Positions 48,780 through 62,296 of a stretch of DNA of 64,000 nucleotides are shown piece by piece (within the stretch, counting starts at the first letter, position 1; each line of letters starts with the position of its first letter). The position numbers were made by a program, and so were the translations under genes. The notes beneath the pieces are model-generated. The model did not search any database. It was not told the DNA's origin and worked only from the letters and a program-made list of their open reading frames with translations. Source of the DNA: Octopus sinensis (lineage: Eukaryota); NCBI RefSeq assembly GCF_006345805.1, contig NC_042998.1, positions 85,932,001-85,996,000 on the forward strand, written 5' to 3'.

Positions 48780-50119
48780 GGCCCACACTTCAACCTTATT
48801 GATCATAAGGACTTCACAACAAAACCATCTATACACTCCATATGCCCTACCATATCTGACATGAGAAGAATAAGCAAGAGCATTCTGGATAAAATCTTTA
48901 TTCCTACAATTCAATATAAATAATTACTATTCATTTATTTCCTCCAAACTTCTAAATCAGTTCCTCCTTCTAGCCAGGAATCTAACCAGCCTAACCCTAC
49001 TAGAAATTAACATAATTCTCAATGCCAGGAAAACTCTCATTTCTTTCAAAGACAAATTCTGGTGCTGGGCCAAACACTATAACACTAACAATAATTATAG
49101 CAAATTCTTTGACATCACTATGCGATCATCAGACTCTGCCCCAGTCACAGACCTTATTGGACTATACTTACTCCATCAGCTTGGAACACACTTCCCTAAT
49201 ATCAAGGGAGGTCTATACAGAGATAACACTTTGCTAGTCACCAAGAGTGTTAATAAATCCTCATTACAACGACTTAGGAAAGATCTACACAAATTCTTCT
49301 CTAACCTCAACCTATACATTACTTTTGAAAATTCCCTTAAAACCGCCCATTTTTTTACGATGTTATTTTAAGATTACAGACCTCCCAATACTCGCCATAT
49401 TATTAACCTAACCTGTTGTGTACATGAATTCTAATTACCATAAGTCCACTTTCGATAATATAGTTAAGGGTATTTTAATTCATATATCTGACCTCTCAGC
49501 CACTGAAAAAATATTCAATAACCACGGCCCATATTACAGCCAAGCACTCACTGCCAGTGGCTTCTCTCAACAAATAAAATACTTCTGTAATACTAGGCTC
49601 AAGCAAAATATATCTCAAGACATATCACCATGACATGCTAACCATCATAAACATAACAGACCATATATGCATTTTACTAGAACCCTGGTAGAACACAGAT
49701 CAAGACAATTTAGATCTCATGCGTACACGTATAACACTAGGACAAAAGCTAAAACAGCTAACAATAATGGGCCCTATAACCCATCTCTAATTTCTAAAAA
49801 TATAGATTATAACGATGATGATGATGACTACCCCTAAGCAACCAAAAACATGTGGTGGATGCTCTATTCTTTAAGTCAATTGTAACAGCCTCAAATAGAT
49901 GAAAACTTTCTCTCTATTATCAAAATATACACTGAAACAACTCTGAACACACAAACACCCAACACATTCATAGCTCCAACATCGAACCCAATACTTTAGA
50001 CCATAATGAAAACCCTACCAATCCTACTAACACTAACCAGAATAATAGCACCCTGACAGCCACTACAAATACAGATAGGATAAATAATAACGATAGGAAT
50101 AATAATAATAATAATAATG

Positions 50120-50167
<48 letters not shown>

Positions 50168-50877
50168 TTAATTACATAGACCAATCTAACCTCTCCCTAC
50201 AGAGTACTACTTCCTCCATTCCAGAGAATAATCCCCACAATGCATTAGCATGTAAATTCTGCCTTGGAACCATTTGCCTTCTACAAACCCATAACAGAAA
50301 GTCTAACATAATTTACAAATGCACTGCCTTCAGCATGCTACACAACTCTACAACCATGTATATAGGGTCAACTATAAATTTTAAACAGAGATACTCCCCA
50401 CATATCAATTCATTTAAATATGAGAGACACAATAAATCCACAAACCTCTCCAGTCATATACATCACCTTAAAAATAGGGGTATTCCCTATAACTTAGCAT
50501 GGTCCACAATAAATTCAGGACTTCCATACCAGGGTCAACAGTCAGGCTGTAAGTTATGCTTAAAAGAAGCATTCCACTTAGTAAAACATAACTCTTCACT
50601 ACTACTAAATAATTATAATGAGGCCCAAGGTACATGTAACTACTGCTTTTTTCATACCTTCAAATTTTACCACAGATTTAAATGCAACCTAAATCACCAC
50701 ACAGTACATAAACCTAATACCCTTTTGGTAACCTTCAACAATCTTATTTGACTTTCTTTTTCTTGATTCTTTAATTTTTAATTTTTTAATAGTTTAATAA
50801 TATATTTAAATGCATGTATATATGTATATATGTATGTATGTATGCATGTATGTATGTATGTATGTATGTATGTATGC

Positions 50878-50939
<62 letters not shown>

Positions 50940-51480
50940 TGAGGGAATATTATTCCAAACTTATATTTAATCTTTCTATAATATGTAATTTTCTAGATGG
51001 AATAATTTAATTTTTCATTATTGAATTGATAAAAGGTTTTTTTTCTAATTTATATATATATCCTCTCTCCATCTATCCCTAAATACTACCAACACATTCT
51101 CAAATTTTCATTCACACCACAAAACCCTTTCAAATTATCAACACTGATTCCACAGCTCCATGCTTTGAAATGAATAAATATGAACTGCTATTGGATCTTA
51201 CATGCCATGTACAGGAAACATTTTTATCACTTCTATACACCATTTTCCTCAAATAATAGAACAGCATCTACAATATCTTTATAGATCTTATTTCTGCTTT
51301 CATTTACTTATTTCTCTCTATATTCCCTATCTTTTCCCCAATAATTCGAACTCAAATATTTTCCCACACCATCTCTGATGAAGGGATATCCATAACATCT
51401 CAGAAACAGCTGTAAGACTATTTAATTATAAATGTCCTGAAAACTACTCATAGCCTTGGATTTGTTATCTCATTATTCTG
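48780..51480 (+). mobile_element. Decayed Penelope-like element (RT + GIY-YIG) ending in a hammerhead (51372-51417)
   Basis: RT remnants DLIGLYLL..GGLYRDNTLL and YMNSNYHKS. GIY-YIG remnant MYIGSTINFKQRY...HINSF...NLSSHI...CKLCLKE. HHR TCT-CTGATGA-..-GAAA-CAGCTGT-A-AGA. Confidence 0.85.
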
Positions 51481-51481
51481 C

Positions 51482-51534
<53 letters not shown>

Positions 51535-51687
51535 GATATATATTATATCATACATACACACACACTTTATGCGTATATGTATAGATACTTACGTATGTAT
51601 ACATATGTGAGTATGTCGGCCTATATAACAGTACTTATACTCATTTATGTATGTATGCATATATATATATATATATATGTACATATC

Positions 51688-51741
<54 letters not shown>

Positions 51742-51759
51742 TATTTTTCTTTCTTTCAC

Positions 51760-52650
51760 CTTTTCATCAGTCCCCGCTATCACTTTTGCTAGAACAATCT
51801 CTGACTTTATATAAATGCCTACATCTATTTTTACAAACTTGACCATTATATCTTCTTATTGTTCCCTTCCTTTTTGGGGGCTTACTACTCACTTATAATA
51901 CCCACCTTTGTAATAATTCTTTATTTGTCTCTCTACCCTAGTGCCTTTTCAAACATATCCTCTAATCCCCCCGCCCACTTCTCACACATATTTCTTCCTT
52001 ACATTCTTATCTCTTCCTTCTATATCACCTATTCCTTTTATCTACTGGTAGCTTTCCTCTCCCACCTCCTCAAAACATCTTGGCCACCATCTAGCACTCC
52101 TTTTTTCCCCTTTTGCTTCCACTTTCTTTCTTCTTTCCTCCCCTAATCCTTTTGACCAATACCATTTTCTTCCTTCTAACATACATATCTATTCTCTTCT
52201 CTCAGTCTACTTACTCTTACCAGTATATTCTCACAATTTCAGTTACACATCAAGATCCCTTTGAATGAACAGTACATGGAATTAATATCTGCAAACTATC
52301 CAGCTGTAATAATAAAATATGAACTCCTATTGGAATTTACATATCGTGAACAAGAATCCTCTCTAGCCTTGTTATACAGCACACTCCTAGGATAATGGAA
52401 CAGCAACTTTAACATCCAACATATACTTTTTTATCCTCATGCTTCTCTTTGTACTTCTTCTATCTCTCCCTTTCCAAAATAACTTCTTATATTGAACTCT
52501 ACTATTTCCTTCTATTTAACTCTCTCATATCGCCTCTAATGATGGGATATCTTTTATATCCCTGAAAAAGCTGTAAGACTACCTTTTTCTTTATAAATGT
52601 CCTAGAAATTTCACACTGCCTTGGCTTTGCTGTCTCATATTATTTAACAT
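51760..52650 (+). mobile_element. PLE pseudo-LTR-like segment with mutated hammerhead (52533-52578, core CTAATGA)
   Basis: Homologous to 46020-46990 (inverted) and more distantly to 51050-51480. Confidence 0.8.
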
Positions 52651-52785
52651 ATACATACTCACACATGACCCACATTAGACTCCTCACTCATACTATTATT
52701 GAACCAGGAGTCTATCAATGGTACATCCATAGCACGTACATAGCCTTGGCTGCCTTTTGGGTCTTCTGGTTACCAAAACCTCTCA

Positions 52786-52855
<70 letters not shown>

Positions 52856-53778
52856 AGATAGATAGACAGACAGACAAACAGAGAGGCAAGTAGGAAGACA
52901 GACAGACATAGATAGATAGGTAGATAGCTAAATATATGGACCTCCAAATTATCTCTCCTCATGCACTAGAGCTTCCTTTCTCTCCTCTTCCTCTGAGCCT
53001 AACCAACCACATGTTATCTATCACTTGTCCTCCCCTATCAACTCTATCATCATTGCTATCCTTCTGGCTTCTCCTGCTGTGTTCTTACAACCTTCTACTT
53101 TTTCCAATTTATGCACCATTGGCTATTCTCCCACCGCCAGATACATCACTTCCTACACACATCAACTCTGCCCTGCTTTACAACTGTTGTCTACCTCTCC
53201 TTCCTCCCCCATTGCTCTCGTCTTTTGCCCCCATTCAATATATAGGTAAAAATGTAGATAACACCTGTAGGCTTGAGATGTATATTTACATGGAGTACAA
53301 AATACAGTCTACAGAATAAAGAAAAAAAAAGAAAAAAGAATTATGTAAAGTAGTATCTAGACAGCTGTTTTAGGTATGTGTCCGCTATAAGTTCGGATGA
53401 AATTGTGTAAGTTAGGTGTCCCGCCTCAAAAGCAAGATGGCAAATGTTACATACATACACATTATACATATAAACACTGTAGCTACTGTTAACAAGTGCA
53501 ATGGTTTGTTTATATGTGTATGTGTACAACAATATCAGAATAAATTTAAAAGTAATTCAGTAATTCATCACTGAGGTCAGTCTTATTTTTTTCGTGTTAA
53601 CTTAGACAACTGATTTACAAAAAAAAAAACCAAAGCAAAATATCTCCTATTTCCTGGGGGTATGGTGAAAAATTTAGTGAGTAGTCACCTCTGAGCTTTA
53701 CATTGAAGATTAATAATACTGTTGCTAGAAGAAAACAGAATATAAACTGCTTTATGTTAGTGGGGCATTGATGATTTT

Positions 53779-53993
53779 CAAGTCAGATGTTTGATTAAAA
53801 CTGGTTGAGTACTTCAGGCTTACTTTTAGTATCTGACTTCTATTTACTAATCTGTGTTGCTGTTTGTATATTTAGTGAGAAGTCACCTCTGATTTTACAA
53901 GTCAAATGTTTGAGTAAAAATGGTTGAGTACTTCAGGCTTACACTTTTAGTATCTGACTTCTGTTCACCAATCAGTGTTGCTGTTTGTATATT
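53779..53993 (+). repeat. Local tandem duplication, period 119 bp
   Basis: caagtcagatgtttga... at 53779 and caagtcaaatgtttga... at 53898. Confidence 0.9.
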
Positions 53994-55069
53994 TGAATCA
54001 AGTAACTGAGTAAGGAAGTTTAATCTCAGCTTGTATCTTTTAGTATAAAGAAACAAGCAAGCAAATACAAATTGAAATATAATAATCAAGAATACCTAAT
54101 ACCTATATGCTACACATACTATATATACAACACATACTATATAATATTCTAAAATAATACATACCTAAAATCAATTTAATCAAACTATAACAATACAACA
54201 CACAAATGAAATACTAACTATTATAAAAAAACAATAAAATTAAATAATCTATTTTATGCTCAAATACAATTTAATATATATATATCATTAAGTACCGATT
54301 ATTTCTATGATATTTAAATAATATTTATATATTACACATATATTAACAAGGTAATTGTTTATCCATTGATATATTCATATAGAAGCATTTTTAGTCATCA
54401 GTGTAGTGGCCTTCACCTAAATGCATGAGAAGGTATTCACAGTGAAGCACAATAGGTTACGCTTCTGTGGGTTCAATATATTTGCTAGTTGTATACTGCA
54501 CAATTTCTAAGAGAATATAACTAGGTCATTCAAGTATATTCATTAAGGTTTTCAATTTATTAGATCCTGATGTTTTTACTCAGGTAAATTGTGTTCAAGT
54601 TAGTAGTATCCATAATTTGTATGTTTGCATACCTTTGTCATAAATTTTGTCATCATTTTTATGTCCACTTTTCCCATGCAGTACACACTCGTTAGATGAG
54701 ACTTCTTGAAGAAAGCAATATTCTATGGCAGCATGCCTTCCCAATTCCAACCATTGTTTTTCAAGTAAGGTACATTAAGCATGTCCAACACTGAGCTGTC
54801 AGACAGATTGTTAATGTGATGCAGGAAGTGTCAGTTCAAAGACAAGCATAGACAGCTATTTTTCATACCTTTGAGTCTGAATAATAATTTTTTTGTAAGA
54901 TCAAATAGCAAAGTCTTTGGTTTTAGCACTGTTGAACTGTAACAGAAATCCTATTTTTAGATTCAATCTGAAGTTTGGAAAAGTCTGCAACCAATACAGA
55001 TCATGATTATCAGAGAATGCTGTTTTCTCAGTTCTTTTTCTGTGACTTTAATAATAAATTTGAGAATTG

Positions 55070-55185
<116 letters not shown>

Positions 55186-56638
55186 ACCCAGGTCTAGAAA
55201 TGCTCGTTTTGAGAAATCATCAAGATAAGGTGTTCAGAAATAATAGCTATTCCTGTCAAAATAGGCAAATTTAATGCTGAAACCTGTTAAAATCTATTGT
55301 TGATTTAATTTCAAGCATTATATACTGAATACTGCTGGCAGTGGACTTCTGTGTCTAAAGTGTAGTATAAAATATTAAGGCCATGTCATTTTGTTACAAT
55401 GTTGTTGAATTCTTGTACTTTTTGTACAAGAAATAAATTCTTTAGAAAACATTAATAATAATAAAAATCAGCAACTTGTGTAGGTTTGAGAAAAAGCTTT
55501 TGAGAGGAAATTATGGAAAACACATCTGAGTTAATCAATTCAAAACATTTAGTTTTATTGAGAACATTCTTGCTTAAAAGCATCAAAAACATTGCAACCT
55601 AGGACTGAGTTTGTCAAGACTCAGATTAGTGACCATATGATTTCTGATTACAATCCTATAATTAGTTGCCTCATACACTTTCTCCACTTTTCATCATTAT
55701 GTATCTTATACTCTATTGTTTTTTCACAGCAAGACTTAACTTATTTTTGAATTTAGAATTTAATAATTTTTGCACTGTATAATGGTGTCTTCTATAATTT
55801 ACTTTGTTCTTAATGATGGAGATACTCCCATCAATTTTACTATGTGTGTCCAGTTATTCCATCAACTGAACAACCTTCTCATTGAGTTAGTGAGTGAGGT
55901 GGCTGAGTATTCCATAGCATATCTCTTAATATATTTTTCAAATAGAATAAGCATGACAGTGTGATAAAGCTAGACCTTCGAATCACAAGTGCAATCCATC
56001 CTCTTGTGTTTCTATACAGTTACCATCTCTTCACTTTCACTTGCAAGACTTGGGTTCATCTGAGGGTAAGCTAAAATTACTTGCCTAAGATGTCACATAG
56101 TGAAATTGAACCTGGGAGCAAACTTTTTAACTACTCAGTCATGCCTGAGTTAATAAGAATAGTTTTAAACTCAGCCATTCTTGAGTTGATAGAACAATGA
56201 CTACCATAAAATTTTGTAAAAACTATTGGAAATCCTGAGGTACACATGAACACTTCTCATTTCTTTGTTAATAAATGTTCTTTCCTACATGTTGCTCAGT
56301 ATGTTCAACACTAGAAAAAAATCAGATGGGAAAGTTGTCAGCATAAACATGCACCTAGTGGAGTAGGGTTTGTTTAGGTAACTATCATTAAATGATCTAG
56401 CCAGTCAGGGTGTTTCTTTCAATGAAAATAAACTTATAAACCTGTTTTTCATTTACAGAAAGTATATTACATCAGTTATTCTTTTGTATGCATTTTAATT
56501 TTCAGTTTGTAAGAGTTTTTTTTTGTCATTTCCAAAGGCGTAAATAAATTTATTATACACAGTCATGACACATTAAATATTTTTAGAAGAGATTACTTTG
56601 TGCTGTATATGCTTTCTTATGTGTACAGCAAATATGAA

Positions 56639-57683
56639 TCTCTCTATATATAAAAGGCAGTTTGTCTGTCTGTGTGTCTGTCTGTCTGTGTGTCTGTCAG
56701 GTTGTATCCTCACCTTGACCACAGCTTTCAACCGATTCTGATGAAACTTGACACACACATAGCCCAATGTCATAATTCAAAACTAATGCAGCGAAAACTT
56801 TGAAAAGTTCCCCCAGTTCTGAAAAAAATCGATAAATTCGACATGGGGTCGAGAATCTAAGCTTATCATATGCAACACATTTTCCGTTGTAGTTTTCGCA
56901 ACTTGCAATCGATTTTCACCAAACTCATGGTGAAGCTTAATGTTACCCTAAGGAACTTAATTCTGACGTTAGTTTTCCATGCAATACCTTACCATCAGAA
57001 AAAATCGATAAAATCATGCCATTTTGGGAAATCACGTTCAAATTCAAGATGACATATTTTCGACAATATCTTTAACAAATTGGCAGGAATTTTTTTTTTA
57101 ATTCACAGTGAGCATCATGTCTGCTCCAAGGAGCTATATGGCCCTTTTGATTCCAATAGGATACGTTATTACTGGAAAAAATCGGTTAATTACATCATAT
57201 GTGGCACACATAGCAAACCGATTTTTCCGCAATATTTTTTGAAAGTTCACATAGATTTTCCCTACACCGATGTTGGACATCAACTTTGCATTAAATGTCA
57301 AACTAACGACCTTTTGTCAATGCAGTCAACAAGTATTGGGAGAAATTGACAAAACCATATCACTTTGAGACCGACCATGCGAACCCTATAAAACTGACTT
57401 TTGTTAAATAGTTGGTGGATTTCAGGCGATTTAGTCGATTTTTGCCGCTTTTATCATAAAGGTTACTAGAAATGGCACATGTTTTCCTTTTGCTTCAAAT
57501 CCGAGCAATGTTGGGCTGTAGTCATGCATGCAAGGGAACGGTGCCTTGAATGCCTTAATGCATTTTAGGCTTCACTTTACAAAATAACGGTTCAATGAGT
57601 ACAAAAAAGGGTAAAAAGGTAAAGGGCATTGCTTATCGACAAAGTTTCTTACATACCCGTTCAACGCCGGGCTATGCTGCTAG
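56639..57683 (+). mobile_element. Non-autonomous Helitron, same termini as 30362-31300 but different interior
   Basis: A|TCTCTCTATATATAAAAGGCAG; shares about 215 bp with the other copy up to gagaatc. The 3' end is cttacatacccgttcaacgccgggctatgctgCTAG|T. Confidence 0.93.
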
Positions 57684-58084
57684 TCAGGAATAAAAATATG
57701 TTGATGGAAGCTACATACACAAAACTGATTCTACTGAAGGCATAAGACCTGATGTAATCTTTTTAAGGGAGGCAGCAATGAAAGATTTTACTGTTTGAAC
57801 AGAAACCAAAATTGCAGACCTAGCTAACTGTCATTTTATTATTCAGCATCCACCATAGAAGTAGCAAATTCTGCTCTTCTGGGGTTGATAGAATCACATA
57901 TAGGTATTGACTGTTGATTGATGCAATAAACTAGCATGGTCAGCATTGATTAGAGAGGATGTCAGCCATGGTACCTGACAGCTCATCACTGTAACAAAAA
58001 AAAAAAAAAATTGATGTACAAAAATTGCAATTCTATATGAAAATTAGCTGTTTGTATTCATAATCAACACTATGTTCAATCAAT

Positions 58085-58940
58085 TTATATATCTTTTATC
58101 TTGTCTTTTATATTTTATTAGTTTCAGTCACTGGCCACCTTGTAGGATTTTTAGTTAAATGAATCAGCCCCTGTACTTATTTCGTAAAGCCTGGTACTTA
58201 CTTTATCAGTCTCTTTTGTCAAACCATTAGGCTATGGGAATGTAAACAAACCAACACCAGTTGTCAAACTGTGGTGGGGAACAAGTACAAACACAAAAAC
58301 ACAAACACTCATATACATACATACATGACAGGCTTCTGTTAGCTTCCTTCCACTAAATCCCCTCACGAGGCTTTGATTAGCCCAAGGCTTTGAGTAGAAG
58401 ACACTTGTCCAAGGTGCTACACAGTGGGATTGAACTCAAAACCATGTTGTTAGGAAGCAAACTTCTTACCACAGCCATAGAGTTATGTGGTTAAGAAGTT
58501 TGTTTCCTAATCAGCTGGTTTTAGGTTCAATCTCAGTGTATCATTTTGGGTAAATGTCTTCTACTTTAAGCCTTTGACCAACCAAAGGTTTCAGAGTGGA
58601 TTTAGGAGAGGAAAACTGAAAGAAGCTCATCATGTGTACGTGTACGTGTGTGTGGTGTGTGTGTGTGTGTGTGTGTGTGCATGCACGTGTGTTTGTGTCT
58701 CCTTCACTTGACATCATGCAACAGTTGTAAATAAGTCCCACCATTATATAAGTAGTGTTCTTTGTTTGTAATCTTCTGCAAAAACATGTTTGACCATTTT
58801 GAAATATTACCTTGCTGAGAAACAGATGAGGGTTGGTGACAGGAAGAGCATCTGGCTGTGGAAAATCTGCTTCATCAAATTCCATTTGACACATGCAAGT
58901 TTGGAAAAGTGGATGTAAAAACAATGTTGCTGCTGCTGAT
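58085..58940. mobile_element. Head-to-head SINE pair: CR1/L2-tailed copy (58085-58480, -) and RTE-tailed copy (58480-58940, +)
   Basis: The heads meet at about 58480. The right copy ends ggttggtgacaggaagagcatc...catgcaagtttggaaaagtggatgtaaaaacaatg. Confidence 0.78.
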
Positions 58941-58949
58941 ATATATATA

Positions 58950-61900
58950 TGTATCACTCCTCAATTCCACCACACCCGACGCCACCACCCCAACTCCTCC
59001 ACTACCCTTCTCCCCTCCCGATAGGCTCCATCCACCCTCACCTAACCCCACTGCCCCTCCCAACAACCCCTTCTCCCCTCCTGATAGGCTCCATCCACCT
59101 ACACCTAACCCTACTGCCCCTCCCAACAACCCCCCACACCTCCCAATCCCTCCCCCTCATACCTCCACGAGCCCTACCACCCCTCCTACTTCTTCTATTC
59201 CACCCACCCCTTCTCCACTTCCGTCTGTTGTTACCATTCCCCCCGATCTTCCCCTCTCTGTGGCGGAACGCTCCGTCCTTAGTAGGGGTCTGCGTTTCAT
59301 CCCCCTCACTCCATCCTGTAAGGAATTCCAGACGCGAGTTGATGTCCACAGCTTTGTGCGCCGCATCCAACAAAGAGGACTGCTTCACTGACCTGGGCCG
59401 CCGACCATCCCCGTGGACGCCTGCACCCGGCTAGTTCCTAGCAGTGGATCTTTTCGCGGGCGCTTGTCAGCGTGCATTGGAGCGGTTCAACTTCTCCAGG
59501 TGCCAACGCCGCCTCTACATCTCCCCGACCGAGCTCTCGGCTCTTCGTTCCCTCCAACGGCGCGCTGACATTATCATCAAACCAGCTGACAAGGGTGGAG
59601 CTGTAGTGGTGTGGCACGCGGACCTCTACAGGGCCGAGGCTCTCCGCCAACTCAATGACACCTCCTTCTACTCCCCTCTGTCCTCTAACCCCACACATAG
59701 CTACCAACAGACGGTATCTTCTACTGTCCACGACCTCATCTCGTCCTCCCGTCTCCCCCACACCGCATCCAACCTAATTGTGCGAACCCCACGTACCCCC
59801 ACCATTTACTTCCTCCCCAAAATCCACAAACCCAACAACCCTGGCCGCCCCATCGTCTCCGCCTGTAACTGCCCACGGAGCTCATCTCTAAATACCTCGA
59901 CCGTGTCCTTGCCCCCCTAGTGGCGTCTCTTCCCTCCCACATCCACGATACCAACCATGCTCTCCGGCTTTTCAACTCTTTCTCCTTTCCTCCCGGCTCC
60001 TCCAAAATCCTTTTTACTATGGACATCCAGAGCCTCTATACCGTTATCCCTCACCACGAAGGACTGCAGGCACTTCAACACTTTCTCGACCTCCGCTCCA
60101 ACCCTGAACCTGACACTCCACACTCATTCATCTGGCCGAATTTGTCCTTACTCTTAACTGCTTCTCGTTCACGGGCGAGTTCTACCATCAGGTCTCGGGA
60201 GTGGCCATGGGAACGCGAATGGGCCCCAACTATGCGAACTTGTTCGTTGGCTATGTTGAGGCCCAAATATTCTCTAATTTCACTGGTCCCACTCCTGAAC
60301 TATACGGTCGTTACATTGATGACATTATCGGTGCCACCTCACTCTCCCGTGAACATCTAGATTCCTTCCTCTCTTTCGTTCAATCTTTCCATCCAGCCCT
60401 CCACTTCACTTCCACTATCTCCAACACCTCTGTCTCCTTCCTCGACATTTCGGTTAGCATTCTTCACTCCACTCTGACCACCTCCATTCACTACAAACAC
60501 ACAGACTCACACTCATACCTCAACTTCTCTTCCTCCCACCCAGAACACACCAAGCTTTCCATCCCCTATTCCCAATTCCTCCGTCTACGTAGGATCTGTA
60601 GTGACGACCATGACTTTGAGACTCAGTCTCAACGTATGGCTCACCACTTCATCCTACGTGGATACCCCTCACCACTATCCACACCGCCCTTGCCAGAGCA
60701 CGTTCCGTGGACCGTGTATCTGCTCTCTCTCCCCGAACCCGCCCTGTAGTCTCCCGCCTCCCTTTTCCCCTCACTTACCACCCCACGACCCTACCTCTCC
60801 AACACACCATTCTTCGAGCTTTCCGTCATCTCCAGTCCGACCCGTCCACTTCACACCTCTTCCCTAACCGACCCCTCCCCTCTTTCAAACGAGTCCATAA
60901 CCTTCGAGACCTTTTGGTCCATAGCTCCTTCCCTGACCCTACCTCCCAACCTGGCTCGTTCCCCTGCTCCCGCCCACGTTGCCGAACTTGCCCTTACCTC
61001 TCCAGCACCACCCTCCTCACTGGCACCCATCATCGACCCTATCGCATCATCAACTCCTTCACCTGCACCTCCAGCAATATTATCTATTACGTCTCTTGCT
61101 CTCTCTGCCATTCCCTGTACATCGGACAAACAGGACGCCGCTTGGCTGACCGGTTCGCGGAACACCTCCGTGACATCCGCCTTGCCAATGACACACCGGT
61201 CTCACGCCATTTCCGCTCCACCGGTCACTCCTTGCAACACCTGTCTGTGTTCGGTTTGTCCTTGCACAGAGGCCATCCGGATTCCCGTTTGCGCCGTGAA
61301 CAGGAATTAATCTTCTCTCTTCACTCTTATATGCCATTTGGTCTCAACTCTCCCCTCCTCCTCATCTAACCCCCTCTCCCCCTCCTCATCTAACCCCCTC
61401 TCCCCCTCCTCATCTAACCCCCTCTCCCCCTCCTCATCTAACCTCCCCCCGACCCCTACTTCTCTTCAGTCCTTCATCCTTTCACCCTTTCACCCCTACT
61501 CCTCTTCCCTTCTTCCCTCTTTCTCCCTCCCTCCTTCTTCCCTCTTCCCCTTCCCTCTTCCTCTCTGCTCCCTCACTCCCCTTCTCTCTCTCTCTCCCCC
61601 TCTCCCTCTATCCTCCCTCCTCCTCTCCCCTCCTCTTCTCCTCTCCTTCCTTCTCCCCCTTCTCTCCCCTCCTCTTCTCCTCTCCTTCCTTCTCCCCTCT
61701 TCTCCCCTTTCTTTCTCCCCTTTCCCTCCCCCTCCCCTCCCCATCTTCCCTCATCTCCTCTCTCTACGCTACACCATACGACTTTACACATCACATCATA
61801 TATACATACACACGTCCAGACCTCTCATACACACATACACACTCTTGTGTTGGAGCGAGGTCATTTAACCCTATTATCTCCCCTAATTTCGCTCTTGCGT

Positions 61901-62150
61901 CTCACGTTTGATCTTTGACTTCTGGCCGAAATCAGATCGCCATGTTGATTCGCTAGCCTCTGCACGCATTTTTTTCTCTCCTTCTTTCTGTTTCTTCTCT
62001 GTGTATTTTTCTGTTGGAGAGCGTAGGCTCGAAACGTTAAAGACTTGTTTTATTTATATTTCCTGAGCGCCATACTAATACAATTGTTTGTTTGTATTCC
62101 ACCTGCCTTCGTCTTTTGTCTATTTTCATAAAGCTTCCCGTTATATATAT
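58950..62150 (+). mobile_element. Neptune-like Penelope element, young, GC-rich; RT-linker-GIY-YIG broken by three 1-bp deletions
   Basis: IIIKPADKGGAVVV, LPKIHKP..PGRPIVS, AMGTRMGPNYANLF, RYIDDI, FLDI, CSRPRCRTC and LYIGQTGRRLADRFAEH. The pyrimidine-rich 3' region includes 24-bp tandem repeats (61360-61450). Confidence 0.93.
62007..62042 (+). ncRNA. Hammerhead-like motif with atypical 8-nt core
   Basis: TTTT-CTGTTGGA-GAGC(gtag)GCTC-GAAA-CGT-T-AAAG. Homologue at 45140-45175(-) with core CTGTGGAA. Confidence 0.5.
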
Positions 62151-62252
62151 AGATATATATATATATATATATATAATATTAATTCGAGACAAAACCACTA
62201 TTTTGCAAATCAAACAAGGAAACTGATTAAAACTGTTTAGAAGATCGGAAAT

Positions 62253-62296
62253 CCACCTGACGAATGTCATTTGAAGACATGAAACAATTGTAGTGG
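62253..62296 (+). ncRNA. Canonical minimal type I hammerhead ribozyme between perfect 53-bp inverted repeats (62170-62222 / 62343-62395)
   Basis: CCAC-CTGACGA-ATGTC(atttgaa)GACAT-GAAA-CAATTGT-A-GTGG. Confidence 0.88.

Noticed and set aside
50335-50751. Selenocysteine-recoded GIY-YIG as reported for some Naiad PLEs
   Set aside because: The CKLC cysteines use TGT/TGC and I saw no in-frame TGA at a conserved Cys position. The copy is too decayed to support a SECIS call.
53341-53532. Minus-strand ORF with YVCNICHLAF, reminiscent of a C2H2 finger start
   Set aside because: No His pair at the right spacing, and the ORF overlaps a TATG repeat.
53769-53845. C/D-box snoRNA or pre-miRNA in the 119-bp repeat (TTGATGA...CTGA; aagtcagat/atctgactt stem)
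   Set aside because: The box C-like motif is absent from the second copy, the stem is broken there, and the inner fold is heavily bulged.
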